64,000 nt of DNA, from NCBI GenBank assembly GCA_043812495.1, contig JBDRMG010000047.1:43771-107770 (forward strand), read 5' to 3'. Of this stretch, positions 22,869-31,700 are shown piece after piece (the stretch's first letter is position 1; each line of letters begins with the position of its first letter). The translations under genes and the position numbers were made by a program. This DNA is from Candidatus Omnitrophota bacterium (GTDB taxonomy: Bacteria > Omnitrophota > Gorgyraeia > Zapsychrales > JBDRMG01). The notes under the pieces are model-generated. The model was not told where the DNA came from and searched no databases. It saw only the letters and a list, made by a program, of their open reading frames with translations.

Positions 22869-23099
22869 TCAAAGAATAAAGACGCATTACCGGCGGCCTC
22901 CAGCCCATCTCCCTCCGGATTTTCTTCCTTGACATAGGGGGGATTTTTGTTAAATTGAGACCGTTGACCCTTACAACGGTCTCATCCTGAACGAAGTCGA
23001 AGGATTTGCGCACATGAGTTACATCTCCCGTTTCGCTTGGTCCGTAACTCATGGGGTTATCCAGGGGTGAAAGTCGTGGAAAAAACACAAAATTGAAAG

Positions 23100-23298
23100 C
23101 AAATTCCGGCAGCCCGCCATTGATTCATCGGCGGGCTGCCGATTCTATTTAAGCTCAGAAAAGATCGCAGACGTTGCCGGTCAATGATTATAGATTATAG
23201 TGTTTTCTTCTTCGCCCGCCACTAAATCGTTGGCGGGCTCGAAGTAAATTCGCCTCGTCACTTAGGTCATTTCATTCCATGAGTGACGGGCTCATTTA
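23100..23298. repeat. Repeat cluster (B hairpins plus family C), including the left copy of a 50-bp direct repeat at 23201-23250
   Basis: AGCCCGCCATTGATTCATCGGCGGGCT; TGTTTTCTTCTTCGCCCGCCACTAAATCGTTGGCGGGCTCGAAGTAAATT; family C at 23246-23298. Confidence 0.85.
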
Positions 23299-23505
23299 AG
23301 CGGGTTTCGGACAAGGGCAATAATGTTTCGTTTGGATTAAGAGAAAATCGTACAGTAGACGAGTAAAATTTAAAGTTGATGTTTTAGAGGTCTCCTATAT
23401 TCGCTGCAAATAGTTTTCATATAATATAATTTATATAGTATAATAATGTCCATTAAGTTAATTACATCTGATATTTATAAGGGTACAATTTGTTAAAATA
23501 AGGAT

Positions 23506-24231
23506 ATGACTATGTTCCAAGCAAAAAATTTTAAAATTTTCTCATGTCAATGCTCAATATTTACTCCTCTATTAACCTTTTCTCCTAATAAAATCCATAT
23601 TGCTATTGCGGGTAAATATGCAGAAATTCTAAATGGCAATCCTGTTTTGTTACCTCTGCCAGAAGATGCCCCTAAAGAAATTCCAAGAATTATACTTTCT
23701 AGCGGAGATGGTAAATTAAAGTTAGAAATTGCAAATAGCAGAGTTAACTTTTTTCGATTTAGAAAAGAAAGCGATACTGAAATTGATTTTCCTTCTTTTT
23801 TAGAACTGAATTTATCTATTGTTAAAGATTACATAGAGTGCACTTCTGCAAAAATAGGTCGAATAGCATTAGTGATTAGACGTTTTGTGGAGACTGAAGA
23901 CCCGGGAAAAATATTAGCGAAGCATTTTTGTAAAGAGAAATTTTGTATGGAGGATTCCAAATTATCTTGTTTTAATAGACCCGAAAATTTCGAGATACAT
24001 TCACACAAAAAATATCCACTACCAAAAAGTAAAACAATTGTCAATAGTTGGGTAAGATGCAAAAGCGGTCTTTTAAAGAACATAAAACAGCCCATTGTTT
24101 TTGTTGAGCAAGATTTTAATACGTTGGCAGAAGATCAGGATAAATTAGATTATGACGCTGAAAGAATTGCAGCTTTTTACATGGAATCATTCAATGAACA
24201 AGCAGAAATTCTAAAGAAATATTTTCCGTAA
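23506..24231 (+). CDS. TIGR04255-like hypothetical protein
   Basis: PRIILSS.DG..KLEI...R.NF, I.RIAL, C-terminal QDFNT pattern; AT-rich. Confidence 0.55.
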   Translation: MTMFQAKNFKIFSCQCSIFTPLLTFSPNKIHIAIAGKYAEILNGNPVLLPLPEDAPKEIPRIILSSGDGKLKLEIANSRVNFFRFRKESDTEIDFPSFLELNLSIVKDYIECTSAKIGRIALVIRRFVETEDPGKILAKHFCKEKFCMEDSKLSCFNRPENFEIHSHKKYPLPKSKTIVNSWVRCKSGLLKNIKQPIVFVEQDFNTLAEDQDKLDYDAERIAAFYMESFNEQAEILKKYFP

Positions 24232-24232
24232 A

Positions 24233-24970
24233 ATGGACAAAATACTTCAATTAAAAGATACAGGACAAAATAGATTGCCAACAATTGATTTAGGCGCAGA
24301 GTTAACTGCTACTTCTCTGGAGGGGTATAGCCTTCGCACATTTCCCTACGAAATGGAAAGAGATGTTTTAAATATTGAAAGTCGATCAAACAGAGCCGAA
24401 CCCTATAATATTGTCTTCTTTTATGACTTTTACAATTCGGTGATTACAACGTCAGAACGTGGAGAATTGAATAAATATGCAATTAATGTCGATACTGGTT
24501 TAAAATGGCATGCAGTAGATTTTGGTTATTTTCATGGAAGGACAGCTACAACTAGAACAAAAAATTTAATTGATCCAGTTGAAGTGGAGAAAGCAAGCAA
24601 GGGCCTTCTTACAATAATTCACAGGTTCCGTCAAATTGTCAACTTAAAAGAGGGTTGGGATACATACGCCGCAAAACCAATAAAGCAAGAAACAATCAAC
24701 CGTGCGATAGAATTTTTTTATAAAGTTCTTTTTAAAATTAATTATCGCTCACTTCCGATTCCTTTTGTCGTCCCCCTCGAAGATGGAGGAATATTTTTCG
24801 AGTGGAGAACTTGCTACAAAGAACTCCATCATACAATTCCAGAGGATATTGCAGAGCCGTATACATATTACAAGATTGATAAAACATTATTCGAGAATTT
24901 TGAAGAAGAGAAGGAAACTCGAGATATAGATGAAATTGTTGATTTAATAACAAGCTGGTTGCAAAAGTAA
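24233..24970 (+). CDS. Hypothetical protein (putative antitoxin/immunity)
   Basis: C-terminal LKEGWDTYAAKPI...PFVVPLEDGGIFFEW domain; tightly coupled to both neighbours. Confidence 0.6.
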   Translation: MDKILQLKDTGQNRLPTIDLGAELTATSLEGYSLRTFPYEMERDVLNIESRSNRAEPYNIVFFYDFYNSVITTSERGELNKYAINVDTGLKWHAVDFGYFHGRTATTRTKNLIDPVEVEKASKGLLTIIHRFRQIVNLKEGWDTYAAKPIKQETINRAIEFFYKVLFKINYRSLPIPFVVPLEDGGIFFEWRTCYKELHHTIPEDIAEPYTYYKIDKTLFENFEEEKETRDIDEIVDLITSWLQK

Positions 24971-25344
24971 TGATTGGAATAATTCCTCCGGAAGATTTTC
25001 TATACAAACGGATTCCTCCTATCCACTGGCATTTTCAGGAAGATAGAGTATCCTCGGGTGCATTTAAAACCAGTAGATTAGTCCTGTCTGTTGATTGGGA
25101 CCAATATTCTACTCCTCAAAAGACCTTAGAGGGGTATCAAGGAAATGGACTAATTAAAATACAAGCAAAGTTCCCGAGGCAAAAAGAGCTAGCCGTTCTC
25201 CATAGACCTATCAAGGATGATCCCGTTGAAAAAGATAATCCCGCCCATAGTCATATTGAAGGTGCAAATCTTAATAAAGAATCAACAGCAAAATATCTCT
25301 TAGAAAATTCCATCCTGCTTGAAAAAGTTAACAAATCTTTGTAG
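24970..25344 (+). CDS. Small ART/RES-like putative toxin
   Basis: LYKR (strand 1), SSGAF, LSVDW (strand 2), NPAHSHI; TAATG overlap. Confidence 0.5.
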   Translation: MIGIIPPEDFLYKRIPPIHWHFQEDRVSSGAFKTSRLVLSVDWDQYSTPQKTLEGYQGNGLIKIQAKFPRQKELAVLHRPIKDDPVEKDNPAHSHIEGANLNKESTAKYLLENSILLEKVNKSL

Positions 25345-25493
25345 ACGTTGTCCGTAATCATTTAGCATAAAAAAATAATTTAGACCGTTTCTAAATTTAT
25401 TTTTTAGTGGTAACCCCACGCTCCTCTTGTTCATCGGAGCTTTGGGGTAAATTCGCACCTATGGTTTACGTTCCGTAAACCATGTGCTCATTT

Positions 25494-26479
25494 ATGAATA
25501 AACCTCTAACAAATCCAACACCTATCCCACCCTCGTCAAGAACATCCAATCCGAACTCTCAAACCTTGAATTCTTCATCAAGCGCCAGACGGCGGAATCC
25601 TACTGGAAAGTCGGGAAATTCATTCATGAGCATTTGCTCGAGAATAAAAAGCGGGCGGGATATGGAGAAAGCCTTTACGAACGGCTGTCGAAGGACGTTG
25701 GCAAGGACGCAAGCACGTTAAGCAAAACCGTCCGATTTTACCGCACCTACCCAATTTTGGACCGCGGTCCAAAATTGTCCTGGACCCATTATCGGAAATT
25801 GATCACCGTCAAAGACCAAAAAGAGCGAAAGAAACTTGAGGCGCAGATTGTTCAGAAGAATTGGGACGGCCAAAAACTTCAGAATTATCTAAATACCAAA
25901 CGTGAGCTGGAAACCGGCAAAGACGACCGCAAACCTATTGCGCAACTCAAATTGACCCGCGGCCGGCCGGATGTTTTTGAGGTCATCAAAAGCGACGACG
26001 CCGGGGCTGATTCAGAACTTATTTTGGATTATGGGTTTCGGGTCACGTGCGCGTTGCCACCGGCCGTTGGTTTTAAGCCCAAAGAAGGGGATTTCGTCCA
26101 GCTCAACCGTGACAGCAAACGTCCGACAATCACAAAGGCAGACGTTAAGAAAGACGAAATCTATACCTACGAAGCCAGGGTGAAAAAGGTCATTGACGGC
26201 GATACTCTTTTGGTAAAAATTGATATTGATTTTGGAATCAGCATCAGGCAAAAACTTCGCCTGCGCGGAATCGATTGCCCGGAAATGGACACCGACGAAG
26301 GTAAGGCCGCCAAAAAATTTGTCGAGGACCGCCTCAAGGGTCTTGACTTTATCATCATCAAAACATTTAAGGATTCGACGGATAAATATGACAGATATTT
26401 GGCTGATGTGTTTTATGGCGAAGAGCAGGAATTTTTGAACCAGGAATTATTAAATGAACGGTTGGCAATGGTGTATTGA
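25494..26479 (+). pseudogene. DUF1016 N-terminal domain fused to a thermonuclease (SNase) domain, with a 5' frameshift
   Basis: Frame upstream of the called ORF encodes SYWKVGKFI..YG..LSWTHY; C-terminus has VIDGDT, RLRGIDCPE, DKYDRYLA. ATG 25494 is out of frame by one base near 25510. Confidence 0.75.
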
Positions 26480-26926
26480 TTCTGCTTCGCTGCAATGTTC
26501 TCATGTTGCAGCTTCGCAGAATGGATCACTTAGGAATTGTGAAAAGACAGACCACGGGTTTACCCGTGGTGGGTTGCCAAAGGTTTTTCGTGAGCGAAGC
26601 TCACGTAATATACATGGAACCACGGGTTTGCCCGTGGGGATCCATTTGCAGAATATATTGGATTGTTTTCTTCTTCGCCCGCCACTAAATCGTTGGCGGG
26701 CTCGAAGTAAATTAGGTCAGTGACTTATGTTCCTCTAAATGACGTCGCAACTTATGGAGCGAAGCGAACATAAGTTGCTTGACGGAATTTACTCCGTACC
26801 TTTGAGATATGTTGAATTATTTGCTAAAGGTGCGGAACTAATTCGTACAGTCACTTATGTTCATTCACTTTGTTCACTCCATAAGTGACGCACCCATGAG
26901 CCGTCCATAAGTCACGACCTCATTTA
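26480..26926. repeat. Deeply nested repeat cluster (F, D pair, right 50-bp repeat, outer C containing C/A/C)
   Basis: TTCTGCTTCG..CTTCGCAGAA; two ACCACGGG..CCCGTGG hairpins; 26664-26713 identical to 23201-23250; outer C 26709-26926 encloses 26737-26898. Confidence 0.9.
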
Positions 26927-27025
26927 AATCAGGAGCTTCTGGATAAGAGGCTGGCGGCGATATACTGATGGCAGACCACCTCCCCTCCCTCCGGGAACGG
27001 AGGCGGCTTAGAAAATAGGGGAAGA

Positions 27026-27066
27026 CACTATAACGCCTTGACATTGTAGCGTTATAGTGCTATACT
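27026..27066 (+). promoter_or_regulatory. TA promoter with palindromic operator
   Basis: TTGACA(27038)-N17-TATACT overlapped by CACTATAACGC-N12-GCGTTATAGTG. Confidence 0.8.
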
Positions 27067-27088
27067 TCTTATAGCGAAAGGAGCCAAG

Positions 27089-27322
27089 ATGATTAAGCTC
27101 AGCAAACGATCGACCATCTATTTTGACCCGCAAGTGCATAAAATTCTTAAATATAAAGCTATCGAAAGCTCACGTTCCGTCTCAGAGATTGTCCATGATG
27201 CGATCTTGCACGAATTAGCCGAAGACAAAGAGGATTTGGAAGCCTTTTCCAAACGCGCCCATGAGCCGACCGTATCTTTTGAAGCCTTGTTAAAAGAGCT
27301 GAAATTAGATGGCAAAATATAA
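27089..27322 (+). CDS. CopG/RHH antitoxin
   Basis: KRSTIYF.......LK..A....RSVSEIV..AI; acidic ED..DL C-terminal region. Confidence 0.85.
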   Translation: MIKLSKRSTIYFDPQVHKILKYKAIESSRSVSEIVHDAILHELAEDKEDLEAFSKRAHEPTVSFEALLKELKLDGKI

Positions 27323-27569
27323 GATTGAGATTAAAAAAAGCGCTGTTAAAGAAGTCAAACAGCTTCCCGCCAAGGATATTAAGAAAATCCTGAAGAAAAT
27401 TATGGACCTCGGAGATGATCCCCACCCGCCGGACAGCAAGAAATTATCCGGTCATGATCGATATCGCCTTCGCTACCGGCATTATCGAATTCTTTATGAA
27501 ATTGTCGAAGATATTCTCATTATTTATGTTGTTAGAATCGGACATCGAAAAGATATTTACAGGAAGTAA
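27309..27569 (+). CDS. RelE/ParE family toxin
   Basis: YKIEIKKSA.KE, P.P..SKKLSG..YRLR...YRILY, IGHRKDIY. Confidence 0.92.
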   Translation: MAKYKIEIKKSAVKEVKQLPAKDIKKILKKIMDLGDDPHPPDSKKLSGHDRYRLRYRHYRILYEIVEDILIIYVVRIGHRKDIYRK

Positions 27570-27802
27570 AGAGATTGTAAACGTTGTCAGCAAATGATGA
27601 TAAAGGTTTCTTCTTTGTTCCGCCGCTGAAGCGTTGGCAAACCATCTTCGTTTTCGGATGGAAGGTGGTTCAAAATTTGTTTGCAGGATTTTGGCGAACA
27701 AAAAGTTTCGGATAACGCCTTTAATTTTTAATTTTGTTAATTCCCGCCACTTTCGAGTCATTCCTCAATTTTTCCCCTTGGCATAAAATTCCTAAAATCT
27801 TT

Positions 27803-27831
27803 TTGACACCCACACATGCGTGTGGTATCAT
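27803..27831 (+). promoter_or_regulatory. Promoter upstream of dinD-lexA with a candidate operator in the spacer
   Basis: TTGACA-N17-TATCAT; spacer contains CCACAC-ATGC-GTGTGG. Confidence 0.65.
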
Positions 27832-28105
27832 ATTTCTATTCAATCAACAATGGCAAAGATGTCTAAATGGTTGAAATATAAAATTGTATTTGCTCTATCC
27901 CCGCCGCATTCTTGCAGAATGCAAGAGGCGGGGTCCATTCGCACTGATCAGTTACGTTCCCTACGGTCACGTAACTGATGTGCTCATGGAAAAGAACGAT
28001 TCCCGAATGATTTCATGTTTTGCTTAACCAGAAAAGAAAGAGATGAACCGGTGATAATTTGGCACCGGTTCAAGACAATGAAACGTTTCTAATCCGAGTA
28101 ACTTT

Positions 28106-28960
28106 ATGACAAGCGAAAATTCAATTCAAAAAGACCATCCATCGACCTTTGAAGCATTGCGGAAAGTCAATCAATATGGCCAGGATTATTGGTCTGCGCG
28201 CGAACTCGCTAAAATTCTGGGTTATTCTGAATTTCGCCACTTTCTTCCGGTTGTTAATAAAGCCAAGGAAGCGTGTCAAAATAGTAATCAAAATATTGCC
28301 GACCATTTCGAGGATGTCCTCGAAATGGTCTCGATAGGTTCTGGGGCACAACGTGAAATACAAGAGATAAGGCTCTCTCGTTATGCCTGTTATTTGATTG
28401 TCCAGAACGCTGACCCGGCCAAACCCATCGTGGCCGTTGGTCAGACATATTTTGCCGTTCAAACAAGAAAACAGGAAATCATTGAACAGGCTGATTATCG
28501 TAAGCTAAAGACAGAAAATGAAAAGCGGCTTTTCCTGCGTAATGAGCTCAAAGTTCATAATAAAAAATTAGCCGGCGTTGCTAAGGATGCCGGAGTTATC
28601 GCACCTCTTGATTATGCGATTTTTCAAGATCATGGCTACAAAGGTTTATACGGTGGATTTACCTCAAAGGATATTCACCGGCGAAAAGGGCTTAAGAAAA
28701 ACCAGCAGATCTTGGACCACATGGGCAGCACTGAGCTGGCGGCCAATCTTTTCCGAGCTACCCAAACCGAAGAAAAATTAAAGAGGGATAATGTTCAAGA
28801 CAAGACTAGGGCCAATGTGGTTCATTATGAGGTTGGCAAGAAAGTCCGGGAAACTATTGGAGCGCTTGGCAGCACCATGCCGGAAAATCTGCCAGTAGTT
28901 AAGAATATTAAGCTTATCCAGGCAAAGAGACGAAAAAGATTAAGAAATACGAAGCCATAA
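28106..28960 (+). CDS. dinD: DNA damage-inducible protein D
   Basis: WSARELAKILGY, LSRYACYLIVQNADP.K, GQTYFAVQTR, LDHMGSTELAANLFRATQ. Confidence 0.92.
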   Translation: MTSENSIQKDHPSTFEALRKVNQYGQDYWSARELAKILGYSEFRHFLPVVNKAKEACQNSNQNIADHFEDVLEMVSIGSGAQREIQEIRLSRYACYLIVQNADPAKPIVAVGQTYFAVQTRKQEIIEQADYRKLKTENEKRLFLRNELKVHNKKLAGVAKDAGVIAPLDYAIFQDHGYKGLYGGFTSKDIHRRKGLKKNQQILDHMGSTELAANLFRATQTEEKLKRDNVQDKTRANVVHYEVGKKVRETIGALGSTMPENLPVVKNIKLIQAKRRKRLRNTKP

Positions 28961-28998
28961 ATTCACTTAACAGAACAGGAACCTATCGGAGAAAACCC

Positions 28999-29598
28999 AT
29001 GGAAGAGCGACAGAAGCTTACCCCCAAACAAAAGAAGGTTTTACGGTTTATCTACGAAGAGATTAAGAATAGCCGCTTGCCTCCGACCATTCGCGAAATT
29101 GCCGAACAATTCGGGTTCAGCTCAACCGGCACTGTGCGCGATTATCTTCGGGCCCTTGTTTCCAAAGGCTATATCAAGATTTCCGCTGGGAAATCCAGGG
29201 CGATTGAACTTGTCAAAGAGGCCCTTTTTCAGGTACCTGTGGTCGGCTCTGTTGCGGCCGGGCATCCGACTCTGGCCGTTGAAGATATCGAAGGATACCT
29301 TGATTTGGATTCGCTTGTTTATCCGGAGGATGATTATTTTGCGCTTCGGGTGAAAGGCGACAGCATGATCGACGCCGGAATTTTACCGAATGATTTTGTT
29401 CTCATCAGGCGTCAGCAGGTGGCTGAAGTCGGAGAGATTGTTGTGGCATTGATCGATGATGAAGCGACCGTAAAAACTCTCGCTAAGCGCGGGGACAAAT
29501 TCTTTCTTGAGCCGGCCAATGCGCGCTACAAACCTATCCCTGTGACCCGCGACACCGTTATTATCGGCAAAGTACTTAATATTATCCGCAAGTATTAG
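28999..29598 (+). CDS. lexA: SOS repressor LexA
   Basis: PPTIREIA HTH, VAAG cleavage site, GDSM (Ser), ATVK (Lys). Confidence 0.95.
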   Translation: MEERQKLTPKQKKVLRFIYEEIKNSRLPPTIREIAEQFGFSSTGTVRDYLRALVSKGYIKISAGKSRAIELVKEALFQVPVVGSVAAGHPTLAVEDIEGYLDLDSLVYPEDDYFALRVKGDSMIDAGILPNDFVLIRRQQVAEVGEIVVALIDDEATVKTLAKRGDKFFLEPANARYKPIPVTRDTVIIGKVLNIIRKY

Positions 29599-29637
29599 CG
29601 TTTAGCGGATAGCGTATAGCGTTTAGGGGTTAGGGTA
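29596..29637 (+). repeat. Heptamer tandem repeat
   Basis: TAGCGTT TAGCGGA TAGCGTA TAGCGTT TAGGGGT TAGGGTA. Confidence 0.8.
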
Positions 29638-29654
29638 AGATCAAGAAATTCAGA

Positions 29655-29981
29655 ATGGAATGTGATCAGAAACGTTACGAGCAACTCCAAATTCAGCAAG
29701 AACAAGAGTGGGAATCCGCTTGCGTATCCTGCGGAGCTTGTTGTGGTGCCCTGGACGATGATCCCTGCGAGCATTTGATTCAAATCAGCCCAACCCGTTA
29801 CCGCTGTAATACTTACAGCAATCGCTATGGGACATACAAAACACACAAAGGCCGTACGTTGACCTGCGTTCCCATCCGGAAAATCCTTCATGCCTCGTGG
29901 CCCGGAGACAGGCTTTGTGCCTACAAATCCCGCCATTTAAGAAAAGCATGGAGCCCCATGGGCAAGCCCGTGTTTCATTGA
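29655..29981 (+). CDS. YkgJ-like Cys-cluster (Zn/Fe-S) protein
   Basis: C..CGACC, DPCEHL, C..Y..R, C and CAY motifs. Confidence 0.7.
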   Translation: MECDQKRYEQLQIQQEQEWESACVSCGACCGALDDDPCEHLIQISPTRYRCNTYSNRYGTYKTHKGRTLTCVPIRKILHASWPGDRLCAYKSRHLRKAWSPMGKPVFH

Positions 29982-29988
29982 AAACATA

Positions 29989-30580
29989 TTCTGCTTCGCC
30001 CAAATGTCCTTCGACTTTCGCTCCATTAGAGCGAGAGTCGAACCATTTTCACGTTTGGGCTTCGCAGGAATTATCCGCCTTACATTAATCGGGCTTGACC
30101 ATGCGGGCGGAATCTCGCCGAAGCATGCTTACGCATTCTCCTACAGGCAAGCCCACAGCCCTCTTGCCGAATTCAAGATTCGCCTCTGGCGAGCTGCGAA
30201 GGCGGATAAAATCTGGCCTCGCTGACTTGCCATTTGGAAAAAATCGGTTATACTTTAAATGCGGATAAATCCGCAAAACTATGCCACGGAAAAATGTAAA
30301 ACTTTCCTCCGTGGCATTTTTATTCTACTTCGCCGAATACCCTGCTGCTTGTTGCGGGGATAAAGGCGAAGTAGAACCCTACGAAGCTCCCAAACGAGTT
30401 CTGCGAAGCTTTAGCGAAGCAGAACGAAAGTTTTGGAGCGTAGTAGGGTTGGGTATTCGGTCCTCCTTCGCCAAGGCTTCGGAGGGATTCTGCGAAGCTT
30501 TAGCGAAGCAGAACTTCAAAGAATGAAACATCCAAGACTTCCCATGAGATATCCCAGAGCTTGCTACGGGGAGGTTCATT
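29989..30580. repeat. Cluster of F-type repeats and an IS200/IS605-end-like non-autonomous element
   Basis: TTCTGCTTCG..CTTCGCAG; two TTCTGCGAAGCTTTAGCGAAGCAGAAC; CCTCCTTCGCCAAGGCTTCGGAGG; end-like hairpins ATACCCTGCTGCTTGTTGCGGGGAT and GATATCCCAGAGCTTGCTACGGGGAGGTTCATT. Confidence 0.75.
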
Positions 30581-30601
30581 TTACAAAGCGAGGTTCTCAG
30601 A

Positions 30602-31015
30602 ATGATCAGCGGATACCGATTAGAGCGGCGACGATACAAACGATTAAGACTCACCCTGTCCGTCATGTATTGGATTGAAAGCCCTGCCTATGTCAAAAGA
30701 ATCCTTCAAAGCCGCATTTATGAAGGCCGGACGGTTGATTTGAGCGAAGGAGGCGTGGCCCTGGCGGTCAACCATTATTTGCCTTTGCGCACAAAACTTT
30801 GCTTGCGCTTTGTCTTGATCGAAGCCAGTTCCACCGGCGATGCTCATTTCTATAATACGCTGGAGATTGCAGGAGAGGTGCGCTCAACGGTGACATCTGT
30901 CCATCACGAATACCGCTTAGGTGTCTGTTTCGAAGGGCTGTCCTTTGAAAAAAGACGCAGAATCAATGATATCCTTTTCTCTTCCCTAAGACCTGAGTCC
31001 GTAGGCATCGGCTAG
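30602..31015 (+). CDS. PilZ domain protein
   Basis: ERRRYKR (RxxxR) and DLSEGG motifs, GVCF. Confidence 0.9.
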   Translation: MISGYRLERRRYKRLRLTLSVMYWIESPAYVKRILQSRIYEGRTVDLSEGGVALAVNHYLPLRTKLCLRFVLIEASSTGDAHFYNTLEIAGEVRSTVTSVHHEYRLGVCFEGLSFEKRRRINDILFSSLRPESVGIG

Positions 31016-31166
31016 TGCCGCCCCAACTAACATATGCTGAATATGCTCTATCTGATCTAAAGGCAGAAGGAGAGATGAATATTACGCAGAAGAAAGTTGG
31101 GGGCGGCACTAGGTTTCTTGTCTTTTATCTTGCCCAAAGAAACATTCAGAGCTACAATAATGCGTC

Positions 31167-31574
31167 ATGAAAGACACTTCAGAGAAAAAAGACAAAATTC
31201 TTGTCATTGACGATGATCCCTGCATGGTCAAGCTTCTTGGGACGAGACTCTCGGCGCACGGCTTTGATGTCATCTCGGCCGAGGATGCCTCGGTCGGTCT
31301 GGAAATGGCCGTCAAGCAATCACCCAACTTGATCATCTTGGATGTGATGATGCCGCTGATCAACGGTTACAATATCTGCCGTCTCTTGAAAGAAGAAGAA
31401 AAATTGACAACACCGATTGTTATGGTCACGGGCCGCACGACAGAAGAAGATAAGAAAATCGGCCAAGAAGTCGGAGTGGATGCATATTTGACAAAACCCC
31501 TGAATACCGAACAATTGTTTTCAACCATTAACGGTTTGCTGAAGAAAGAAAAGGACCATTCTTATTTGGATTGA
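31167..31574 (+). CDS. Single-domain response regulator
   Basis: ILVIDDD, LDVMMP, MVT, YLTKP. Confidence 0.93.
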   Translation: MKDTSEKKDKILVIDDDPCMVKLLGTRLSAHGFDVISAEDASVGLEMAVKQSPNLIILDVMMPLINGYNICRLLKEEEKLTTPIVMVTGRTTEEDKKIGQEVGVDAYLTKPLNTEQLFSTINGLLKKEKDHSYLD

Positions 31575-31700
31575 TCAGTATTTCATAACTTTAAGAAAGA
31601 CAAATAGATGATGGGAAAGATTGGATGGCCCAGGTTCTTTCATTCAACTTAAATATGAAAGAACCAAAGAAAACCCTACCACGTAGTTCCTGGCGATAAA

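Noticed and set aside
23246-27988. Canonical integron attC sites
   Set aside because: The hairpins lack RYYYAAC/GTTRRRY cores and there is no IntI in the window; kept only as an analogy.
30251-30320. c-di-GMP riboswitch upstream of the PilZ gene
   Set aside because: Hairpins are present but the GEMM consensus and tetraloop/receptor are not recognisable.
30004-30678. Short ORFs containing RSFSEA / SFAKASEG peptides, and similar ORFs at 26454, 37624 and 53784
   Set aside because: They are translations of CTTCG/CGAAG and other palindromic repeats, not credible genes.
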